Source of the DNA: Macrostomum hystrix
Taxonomy: Eukaryota; Animalia; Platyhelminthes
DNA length: 64,000 nt
Assembly (NCBI GenBank): GCA_950097015.1
Contig: CATNEN010000007.1
Coordinates: 372,001 to 436,000, forward strand
Reading direction: 5' to 3'
Positions 1 through 10,390 of the stretch are shown in pieces; the stretch's first letter is position 1, and every line of letters starts with the position of its first letter. The notes beneath the pieces were generated by a model that ran no database searches, was not told where the DNA came from, and saw nothing but the letters and a program-made list of their open reading frames with translations. The translations under genes were made by a program, and so were the position numbers.

Positions 1-476
1 TCGGCCTTTCTAGTCGAGATCGAGTCGTTCAGCGTGAGCACAGGTGTACTCACCGTCAGCTCAGACGGCAAGGTACTGTTCCATGGATCCAGCCTGCGAA
101 AGTTTGAGTCCAGTCTGGTAACGCCCTCTAAATCGCTGAAGGTCCGCTTCGACGCCAACGGCGACCCGTCGCTCAGTTCCGGTGTCACTCTGCGAGTTCG
201 CAGCTTCGGCTCCGACGGCTGCCCGCCCGGCTGGACGAGTTTCAACGGATCCTGCTACGGCACCAGCCGCACCAGCGGCTTCCTGGACTTCGGCGGTGCT
301 CAGAGGGCCTGCAACAGCCTGCGGGCCAACCTCATGCAGCGGCCACCTGGCTACAATGGCAGCATCAGGGCTCTAGTTCGCAGCCTGCCATTCACCTGGA
401 CTTTCTCTTGGGCGGGACTGACGGATTTGGAGAGTCGCTTCTCGCCAAAGTGGATGGACGGCCGATCTGAGGACAG
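1..476 (+). CDS. Internal exon of a CUB-like + C-type lectin domain protein (gene extends beyond window start)
   Basis: Frame is open from base 1. ...LKVRFDANGD..SGVTLRV (CUB-like end) is followed by GCPPGWTSFNGSCY...AQRACNSLRANL...WAGLTD...WMDG (C-type lectin motifs). Probable GC-AG donor AG|GCAAGT at 477. Confidence 0.75.
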
Positions 477-489
477 GCAAGTTTTTTAA

Positions 490-795
490 AACGGTCTATC
501 GCGTTTGCCTCTCGCACCAAAGTCCCTGAGACATTTTTTTGTGGCGCAGCCTCAGATATTAAGGGCTTGTAGTAAAATTTACGCCCCTACGGGCCAACCT
601 CGAAGGCACAGTGGCTATGAGAAAGTCAGGGTAGATGCACACACCTGTGTGAGCGTGTGTCTGCGTACAGTATCTGTGAGTGTGTGCTCAGGAGTCAGCG
701 GAATGGGCAGAATTGCCTCCTCGCTGGCTGCGGGTCTGGTGTCACCAAATGATGTTCCATTGCCCGCAGCCCTCCTGTAATCATCATTATTATTA
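490..795 (+). mobile_element. tRNA-derived SINE, 5'-truncated copy
   Basis: Collinear with the full copy at 58581-58952 (gcgtttgcctctcgcacc...gagaaagtcag...ggagtcagcg..atgggcagaattgcctcc...) and ends in an ATT-type tail. Confidence 0.8.
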
Positions 796-899
796 CAGGC
801 CTGTAAATTATTTGTAATGAAGAAATATATACTTGCGGCATTAAATAAAAAAATGTTGCAAAAGCATAATAAAATAATATTTGTTTAAATATGGTAGTA

Positions 900-3334
900 C
901 TAGCTTTTTTTGCCCGTTGTTTTTGGGGCAGAAATTTAAAGCAAAGCAGTAAGCAATTCACGTCTCTGTATTAACTTTATAGTGAAGGTCACCATTTATT
1001 TATTTACTGCATGAATGAAAAGTGAAGAGTTTGTTTAAGGGCGTACTGGCTCTGACAGCCAGTCAACGTCAGCATATCGAACCATCAGGTTCGGGTAAAC
1101 TTTTGCCTTGAGCTCCTGCACTGACTGCACAATGGTTCCGATTGTAGCGATCGATGACTGCCCATTCTCTGTGCTAATCTCCAGCAGACCATTGCCGATT
1201 CGCAATAGATTGGCAGAGAACTCATGAGCTGTTTCGTCTCCTTGAATTGTAGCTCTCATGTTTGTTCGTAGGTGCAACTTCACAACCGATGGCCACAGGT
1301 GAGATGATTTTAGGAAAGCATTAATCTCATCAGCAGGAGTGCCTCGCGGAATCACAGGCAGCGTCTGTCTAAAGTCTCCAGACAGCAGCAGAGTGACACC
1401 ACCCATCAGTTGATTGCTATTGCGCAGGTCTTTCAAAGTTAAGTTGAGTGCTTCAAATGCCAGTTTGTGGGACATGGTACACTCATCCCAGACGATAAGC
1501 TTGCAAGCCTGAAGCACTCTGGCAGTGCCTGTGTTTTTCTTGATGTTGCACAGCGGATTCTCCGCTCAAGACAGATCAAGCGGCAACTTCAGTGCTGAGT
1601 GGGCAGTGCGACCGCCTGGCAGCAAGGTGGCTGTAATTCCAGAGGAAGCTGCAGCAATGGCAACGTCGCCTCGTTGCCTGACCTTTGCCAGAAGGAGGTT
1701 GATTAGAAATTTTTTTCCTGTGCCACCTGGAGCATCAAGAAAAACCATGCCACCAACGTTGTTGTTGACTCTGCGCAATAGCTCGCGGTACGCCTCTAGC
1801 TGCTCAGGCATGAGTCGGGGCTCATTCTCCTCTATGAACTGTCCCAGCTGCTCCTGGTCATCCAGCTCTTCCAGCAGTCCCAGTCGCTGACATGCTTCAT
1901 GAAAAGTTTGGCAGGTATGGCCTTCCACCGTTCTAATGTGTCTAAATGACGTCGGACCAATCACGGTGTGTAGCAGGTAGTAGCATTCACTGTGGTTTGG
2001 GTGCACCGTGTACTCTGGCTAATGCATCAGTCTGTCGTATTTCAGGATGGCCTGGAACTGCAGCGCCTTGAACCCGCCGCTTCCATCCTTTCGAAGAGGC
2101 GTTCCATGTGTAATAGGCAGGCACCTGGTGGTACAGCAAAGTCCTGGCAAAGGGGTCTTCAGCGCACAACTTGAAGAAAGCAGTAAGAGTAGTGTCCTGT
2201 GGCCTTTGAGCACGCTGCTGGATGTTCTCCTCCGTAAAGTATACTCTCTGACCGTTTTCCAGGTGCACACTGAGGTGCATGACAGTTGGGTGGCGTTCAT
2301 GAATAGAGAATCCGAAGATTCGCCACATTGCCACGTTAGAGCTGATACCTTCCGCTCTTGAAGCGATTGACTTCGTCAAATTCGTTTACTATGCCTCCAG
2401 GTCCCTCAATGTTGAACACTGCTTGGTCGCTACCCTTGTTCACGTACTTGCAAATGTACTTGATTGATTTAACAGAGTTGCAGTACTCAACGTTGATGTG
2501 TGGATTGAACACCTTGGACAGTAGCGGGCAGTAGGGAACGACCCATCTGTTGTCCAGATCGATCTCTTCATTCCCATGGCTGCATAGAATAATGCGAGTG
2601 GTAAAGCCGCCATCCTCACGTGATCTCCGTCGATACAGCGGATAACCGTCTTGTATTTTAGCAAAGCACTGTACGCCAGCCTCTCTCTTTCTTCTATCCC
2701 AGGCTGGCTGGAGAGAAATATTGACCGGAGAGCCCTGCGCACTGGGACGCCACCGCACTCACCGCACTCAGTCTCAGTGCTGCTTGGGGGCCAGTAGACA
2801 GTCTAGGGGTTTGGGCTGTGTACATTCACGGCTTGAAATGCAATGTACAGTCTGGGGCTTCGGCGCCCGGGGAAGGGAGGGGGTGGCTGTATTAAAATTT
2901 GGCCCGCAGAGTGGCGGAGGGGAGTTGGGGTGGCTGTCCTCGGAAAACAAAAAGTGACTCACTTTGAGATGATGCAGCTTTGCTCTGGATTGAGTAGAGA
3001 TGTTCAAAATTGACAGCATTGTTGGAAAACATGTAAAGTGTAAGTGGATCAAATTTGGAGAAAATCTGACAAAGTGGGGCGACGATATGTCGAATTGAGT
3101 GATTTTTTGACGATTTTTGAGCAGTTTTTTGCACTTTTGAGCAGGAAGGAAATGATTTTTCTGGAATTTGAGTAGCCTATTGCACTCAGCGTAGGTGGTT
3201 TTAGGTATGTGCAAAGTTTGGTGCGATTTGGTTGAGCGGTTTCGGCGTCTATAAAGACAAAAGGTTGCACACACACACACACACACACACACAGACAGAC
3301 AGACAGACAGAGTTTTCACTTTTATATATATAGA
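900..3334 (-). mobile_element. Helitron unit 1, internally deleted (Rep and Pif1 helicase fragments)
   Basis: Minus strand starts TCTATATATATAAAA and ends with hairpin tgccc-caaaaacaac-gggca then CTAG. Encodes Rep motif HINVEYCNSVKSIKYICKYVNKG and helicase motifs LDAPGGTGK, ASSGITATLLPGGRTAHS, IVWDEC, GDFRQTLPV, with frameshifts and deletions. Confidence 0.95.
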
Positions 3335-5149
3335 CTAGCTTTTTTTGCCCGTTGTTTTTGGGGCAGAAATTTAAAGCAAAGCAGTAAGCAATTCACGTCT
3401 CTGTATTAACTTTATAGTGAAGGTCACCATTTATTCATTTACTGCATTAATGAAAAGTGAAGAGTTTGTTTAAGGGCGTTTTAAGTAAAAAATAAGTGAA
3501 AAGTTTGTCCAAACAGCCCCCTCTTGATTACTTCTTTAGAAACATGTCTCTTAGCCACTCCTCTATACAGTCAGTGGCAGATCCAGGAATTTTGTTTTGG
3601 AGCGGTCTGTCAGGGGAGCGCCATGAGAATCACAGAGGGGGTGCCAGCGGCCGAAAAAGGGCGCCAGGAGCCAAGAAAGGGCGCCAGCGGCTGAAAAACG
3701 GGAGCCAGCGACTGAAAAAGGGGCGCCAGCGGCCGAAAAGGGGCGCCAGTGCTGTGACTGGCTCTGCGCAATAGCTCGCGGTACGCCTCTAGCTGCTCAG
3801 GCATGAGTCGGGGCTCATTCTCCTCTATGAACTGTCCCAGCTGCTCCTGGTCATAGCCTCTTTCTCGCAGCATCTCCCTGCACAGGTTGTCCTGTTGTCC
3901 TGTCCTGTTTGCTTTTGGGAGTCCAAAAGAATCTAGATAGCGATCGGTCAACTCCAGCACCTTGTCCTCAATGCGCAGCAGGGCCTCGTTAAACACTGCT
4001 TCTGTGAATGGCAACTCTGGCTCCTGAGCCACGAATCGCGCCCGGAAGAGAATGTCTTCGGCCATGGGTTCTTTGAATGTTTCCCAAAGCTGAAGTGGAT
4101 CAGAGAGACCACAGGTGGCAACCATGATGGCAAAGAGATCTCGCAGGTGACTTGGTGAGCGCACCGTTGCCGCTTCCTCCAATGTCGCTCTCCATTGAGC
4201 ATCATCTTCCAGCAGTCCCAGTCGCTGACATGCTTCATGAAAAGTTTGGCAGGTATGGCCTTCCACCGTACTAATGTGTCTAAATGACGTCGGACCAATC
4301 ACGGTGTGTAGCAATATACGCAGGTAGTAGCATTCACGGTGGTTTGGGTGCACCGTGTACACTCTGGCTAATGCATCAGTCTGTCGTATTTCAGGATGGC
4401 CCGGAACTGCAGCGCCTTGAACCCGCCGCTTCCATCCTTTCGAAGAGGCGTTCCATGTGTAATAGGCAGGCACCTGGTGGTAGAGCAAAGTCCTGGCAAA
4501 GGGGTCTTCAGCGCACAACTTGAAGAAAGCAGTAAGAGTAGTGTCCTGTGGCCTTTGAGCGGCCTCTCTCTTTCTTCTATCCCAGGCTGGCTGGAGAGAA
4601 ATATCGACCGGAGAGCCCTGCGCACTGGGACGCCACCGCACTCACCGCACTCAGTCTCGGTGCTGCTTGGGGGCCAGTAGACAGTCTAGGGGTTTGGGCT
4701 GTGTACATTCACGGCTTGAAATACAATGTACAGTCTGGGGCTTCGGCGCCCGGGGAAGGGAGGGGGTGGCTGTAATAAAATTTGGCCCGCAGAGTGGCGG
4801 AGGGGAGTTGGGGTGGCTGTCCTCGGAAAACAAAAAGTGACTCACTTTGAGATGATGCAGCTTTGCTCTGGATTGAGTAGAGATGTTCAAAATTGACAGC
4901 ATTGTTGGAAAACATGTAAAGTGTAAGAGGATCAAATTTGGAGAAAATGTGACAAAGTGGGGCGACGATATGTCAAATTGGGTGATTTTTTGACGATTTT
5001 TGAGCAGTTTTTTGCACTTTTGAGCAGGAAGGAAATGATTTTTCGGGAATTTGAGTAGCCTATTGCACTCAGCGTAGGTGGTTTTAGGTATGTGCAAAGT
5101 TTGGTGCGATTTGGTTGAGCGGTTTCGGCGTCTATAAAGACAAAAGGTT

Positions 5150-5188
<39 letters not shown>

Positions 5189-5221
5189 GACAGACAGAGT
5201 TTTCACTTTTATATATATAGA
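3335..5221 (-). mobile_element. Helitron unit 2, internally deleted, head-to-tail with unit 1
   Basis: Same 5' TC end (5221) and same hairpin/CTAG 3' end (3335). ORF 3610-4641 encodes the Rep-helicase linker (RVYTVHPNHRECYYLR...LLEDDAQWRATLEEA...LFAIM). Outer flanks a899|t5222 restore the AT target. Confidence 0.95.
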
Positions 5222-5419
5222 TAGCATATAGATCAATTGCCCTTTTAGTTAGATATGTTAGCTTTTAGTTTCCTAATTTGCCAGGGACTCAGCTAACTCA
5301 ACAATGGATTTATATGATCCATTGAAACATGAAACATATGAAACATTTCTAAGAAACGATACCTACATGAATTTTACCACCACTTTGACATCAGTGGTTG
5401 ACAGCAAAGTCACTGTTAA

Positions 5420-5507
5420 CCGGTTAACCAGACGAATAATCAAACGGCTATTTGTCCGGTTAACCGGACGAATAATCAAACGGCTATTTGTCCGGTTAAC
5501 CGGACAA
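5420..5507. repeat. 36-bp tandem repeat, about 2.5 copies
   Basis: ccggttaaccggacgaataatcaaacggctatttgt starts at 5420, 5456 and 5492. Confidence 0.85.
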
Positions 5508-8271
5508 ATAACAACTACCTTCTATTTAATGTGAGTCAGGACACAATCTCATTAATCTATATTGTTATAACCTCGAGGACTTAGACAGCTAGAACGATAG
5601 TAAAACTAACAAAAACTTTTATTAATTATTTTAGTTTGCAGTTTGCACTCTTATCTTAGGTACCTGATAGTATGTGTGCACTACACCTTATCTTCTCTGA
5701 TCACGCAAATCCTGTGTGCTTTCTTTATTAGAAAGCAAAATATTACCTACTTTTAATTCAGTAGCAACAATGAAAATAAGGTACGCTCGTGATGATTTAC
5801 TAACAGAAGTGCTGTACAAAAGTATTTGTAATATTTATGGTTAAGGCGACGCCACAAAGTATAAAAGTTTAATAAACTTGTTCATGTTCTTACAAAATGT
5901 ACAACTTTAAACTTACCGTTAAAGATCCTCGCGCCGAGGCGGTGGTGGTCGATCTCGTAACCGTAAATTTTGAGAACGTAAAATTTGATATTTATTATTT
6001 GTGGCCTTGAAACACAAACACGAAGGTTCTACACATATGTCATAGTGACTATAGTAGCTAAAACTTTTCACGAGCTCGTTAGATCTTTTGTTAGACCTAA
6101 ATGCTAAAAAGTGAATACCAAGGTTCGAAGCACACAAGACATTGTATATTGTCTAGATGAAGAATTTTCCTGGGGCTGAAATGGAGTCCACTCCACTTTC
6201 CAGTTCAATCCAGACGTAGGCCTAATCAAGGTTTAGCTAATCCTAGGAGTCATTGTAAATTTGATAAGGGCCTGTAATAGTTAAAGCTGTTGCTAGCATA
6301 GCTTCTTTTAATCTTTCTGTTTGAATAGGCCTATGTCCAGTTTCCAATCCTAGCTAGGCCTATGCCTATAGATAGGCCTAGTCTAGAATTGTATTATTTT
6401 ATAAGCTGTTTCTATATGCGCCATATGTGCCAATAACCAATGTGTGCACTGCATAGTGCCAACGACCACCTTGTGCACTGAGTGTGCGAGGGGCCTCTGA
6501 AATTTTTCATGGCAAAGGTTAGGCCTACCTTCCTGACTTTTGGTGTAGCATTTAATTAGCTCTTATTGGCCTTTAGTTATGTCTAGCATATAATTTAAAC
6601 AAAAACTCTTTTGTTTGAGTTCTGATAGCCAGGCCTATATAATCTCTTTAAAAATATTTTTGGCTTGATAACAATTGCTCCTATGCATAAAGCATAACAA
6701 CACAGTGCTTGCTGAAACACAAACAAGTGGCAGTTGCAGGCTCCAAATGTAGGTCAAAAGAGTGTGCTACCTTGGTTTTAATATGGTATCAAAGTAGCTC
6801 TAGCCTCTGATTAGCATAGCTTAGGGTAATGTATCATCAACCGAACAAGAATGTGTATTTTTTAACCTTGAACCTAAGCTACAGATTTTCTATTTAAGAT
6901 ATGATGATAAATCAAAAGCCAAGTTATAGAAAACTGAGTTTATATCTTTCTAAAAAGTATCTGCTTTTGCTATATTGTCAATAGAAAAAAAGTTATTTGT
7001 TTTTTTCATCTAAAACTGAACAATGATTTTCATGTATCTTCAAACCAAACAGAGAATTAGATGTTTGGTTTTACAATTTGAGTAAGAGGTTTAATATTAT
7101 TTTAAGGAGTGAACTATTGTGAATGCTGTCATTTGAAAGCATTGTTCATGCTCTATAAATAACTACATTTATGGTCATTTAATTGGAAAGCAACTGCATA
7201 CACTCTTAGTCTAAAGTACACACTGAAAAAATGTTGTTAAAAAGTATGCTTTTGCAATAAAATTTTCTACTGAAAAGTCCATATCTTTCTTTCCTCTTAA
7301 TGCTTCATTGCATGTCATGACTCAGCTTGTAGATAATTTATTTGGCTTTTAAATTAGTTGTTCTGTGAAACAGAATAGCTTGTTTCTGTCTTACACAAGA
7401 CCAAGGAAGGATTCAAAATCTTTGTTCGGTTTTGAAGATACACTGTTTAGTTGATGATACCATTACCCTAGTGTTTCTAATTTCTAATTTGTCAAAAAAT
7501 TAAAACAACTTATTTTTGTTGATGATTTTGTAACAGGGCTTGTCTCTATACTTTTCTCTCAAATGGTAGCGTATCACTCGGCACGAGCGGTTTTAGCCTT
7601 CTAAGGCACTGGCTTACTATTCTCCAGTCTTTGCTGGACGTTTTCTGTGAATCAGAGGGTCACAGCCTCAAATAACCAACTCAACACTTTTCTTCTTCAG
7701 TAATAGCTTATTTGCCTTTCGCCACACTGGCACGTTGTATTATCACCACGAAAAACTTCATGCTTATATAGCATTTATCAACTTTGTTTTAATAACGCAT
7801 ATTTACTAAATTATATAAAGTATATAAAATATTTATAATATGTAATATACTATATGTATATAAAATATGTAATAAAATTTTGTAGCGCGAGAAAATAAAA
7901 AAAAACCATCACCAGCTATAATCCAGAAAAATATAGACATATTACAATTTGATTTTTAGTTTTATTAAATGAAAGTTTTGGTATAGCTTTGTGTCATTAG
8001 ATATTTTATTACAATAACATTGGAAATAAAATAAACATTCATATGAGCTGTGTTTCTGAACTCTAAAAGCTACATAAAATTACAAGCCTATGTATCAGGC
8101 CATTTTTTAATTCTCATTTTTTATTTACTTTTTTGTTATCAGGTGTTCAATCTCACTCCTCTTTAACAATTTTTGGAAATGGCGATAGAGTAAATAAATG
8201 GCTATTAAGTAAGCAAATACTGATTGTCATTTTTTATTTTTTTAGTTTTTTGCATGTGACACATAAAATAT

Positions 8272-9518
8272 ATGTATCTAACTTCACAGTCCTCACCCAG
8301 TAAGCTGGTTCGGGCCATCTGGCTCGGCCGCCTCGCCTACAAGGAGGGCCTACTGCTTCAACGATTCCACTCGGCCTTGCTGCGCAGTAGGCCACAATCA
8401 GCTGACTGCCTGCTGCTTCTGGAGCATCGGCCAGTCTACACTGTAGGCATTCGCGGCATTGATTCGGCAAACTCAGCCGACGGAGATGTCGACAGTCTGG
8501 CAGCTCGGCTGCGCGCACTCGGAGCCGAATTCCACCGGGCTGACCGGGGCGGCCTGCTCACTTTTCACGGGCCTGGACAGCTGGTGGCCTATCCCATGCT
8601 GGACCTGAGGAACCACGGCCGCAGCCTCAGGGACTATGTGTGCCGCTTGCAAAGGACCATTGTGGACTTGTGCGCCAGAGGCTACGGCCTGAAGGACGCC
8701 CGAATCACCGAGGATGTGGGAGTGTGGATCGGTGACAGAAAAGTGAGTGTTTCAAAGAAATTTTTTTTTGCTACTCTTGTTTTTCAGGTAAAAATAAATC
8801 CGTTTTTCTTGTTTCTGGTCTGTTTTGTACAAGAATTTGCACGGACAAAGCAAAAAACGGACCAGAAGAGGCTAAAAACTACTGAGCACCACGGCCCACG
8901 GACATATTTGTCCGATTGTTCACTTGCGGACATAAAAAATGGAAACCTTTTGCATTAATAAAAGTGGTCTAAAATAGACAAAATTGGACAGTATTTTCAT
9001 TTACTACATTGCAGAAATAGAAGCAGACATAAATTATGTCCTATTGCGACTGTCGTTTTTTAAGTCGTATCGAAATATCTATTTGAATCGAGGGATAGTG
9101 GGGCAATACCGTAGTGTCACCTTCGCAGATCCTCAATTTTCTTCTGTCATCTCAGATCCTTAGTAGATTTTGTCTTTTATCTGTCATATCGTTAGGTTGT
9201 GTTATCTCTCAGTGATGTAAATTAGTTCGCCCTTTGATAAACCCACTGATTCACCAGGTAGCGGCCATCGGTGTCCACGCTGCCAGCTACCTCACATCAC
9301 ACGGCCTGGCCCTGAACTGCGACGTGGATCTCAGCTGGTTTGAGCAGATCGTGCCCTGCGGCCTAGTGGGCAAGAGTGTCACTTCTCTGTCGCGGGAGCT
9401 GGGCCGGCCAGTTACCGTAGAGTCAGTTGTGCCCGTGTTCCTGAAGTCATTCAGCGCCGAGTTTGATTGCAATGTGACACTGACGCGTGCGGCCACTGCC
9501 GACTTCTGTCTGGACTGA
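8272..9518 (+). CDS. LIPT2: Octanoyltransferase (lipoyltransferase 2, LipB family); exons 8272-8742 and 9258-9518, about 243 aa
   Basis: Motifs LLLEHRPVYTVG, DRGGLLTFHGPGQLVAYP, GVWIGDRK|VAAIGVH..TSHGLALNC, IVPCG. The GT-AG intron joins in frame. The start is uncertain: a ctaac...cag acceptor-like sequence lies just after the ATG. Confidence 0.92.
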
Positions 9519-9974
9519 GTCAAGTTTTTAGAATTATAACTTATTAGGCGGAACTAAATATAGTAGTAAGTGATAACTATTCGCTGCATTGTCTGGGAGA
9601 GTTGAGACAGAGTTGGGCCGCATTCGTGAGCTTCCAGGGTCGTATCGGGTTGCTAACCCCTATTGTTTGCCTATCATTTGGTCATTTATACCCAGATAAT
9701 TCAATAGGAATAGAACACTTCAAAGCTTAGAAGATGTACTGTCTCGCGCTCTTCTGTGTCTTTCCTGAGATTTAATAGCGCATTACTCACTGTTTCCTTG
9801 GATAGTACTGCGCCGCTTGTATGATAAAATTATACTCGTTACCTGTTTAGAAGTGTAATATCTTCTGATTTTTTAAAAATAGAATACGGTTTCTTTTATT
9901 GCTTGCTATGTAGAGAACACAGTCTTTTTACTTTTATACTTTTATACTTTTTTACTGAGCCGCGCCTAATAGTT

Positions 9975-10359
9975 AGGCTTGATCGGTGAAATCGGAGAAA
10001 ATCACATCAGGGTGTCCATAGTGGCCTAGTTCGACCTGTTGTAGCCCTTGAAGGTCCACCAGTCCGTCTAGATAAAGGTTGGTGACCACCCAAGACAGAT
10101 GATGCAGGCACATTCGGGTGACATGCTGATCAATTTTGAAGGCCTGGCAAGGCCGCAGTGCAAATTCGTGTTTAGGGGTGTATGAAATACACTAGCGCTT
10201 ATGGGAAAATCTAATCTTCGGCCAGCTGGCGACTCGATTCTTGTTTCAGAAGATGCGCAACAAAGGTTTCCCGAGTTCTTGAGCTTCGTGGGCTTGCGTT
10301 GTTCCGTTCGGGTGCAGCAAAAAATTTGTCAAAATTTCCATCCTGGTAGTTCTACTGTT
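9975..10359. mobile_element. Foldback/MITE-like element, partial (central part + right arm)
   Basis: Similar to 41660-42065; ends ggtagttctactgtt, the reverse complement of the aacagtagaactacc terminus at 41114. Confidence 0.7.
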
Positions 10360-10390
10360 GACTATATAATTTCAGAATTCAGCAGTCTGC

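Noticed and set aside
2774-5183. ORFs of 181 and 176 aa in the Helitron 5' ends
   Set aside because: They begin in the (CA)n/(GACA)n microsatellite and have no recognisable domain; non-coding terminal sequence.
8272-9518. LipB-like gene as bacterial contamination or recent horizontal transfer
   Set aside because: It has a GT-AG intron and sits among eukaryotic genes; LIPT2 is a normal animal mitochondrial enzyme.
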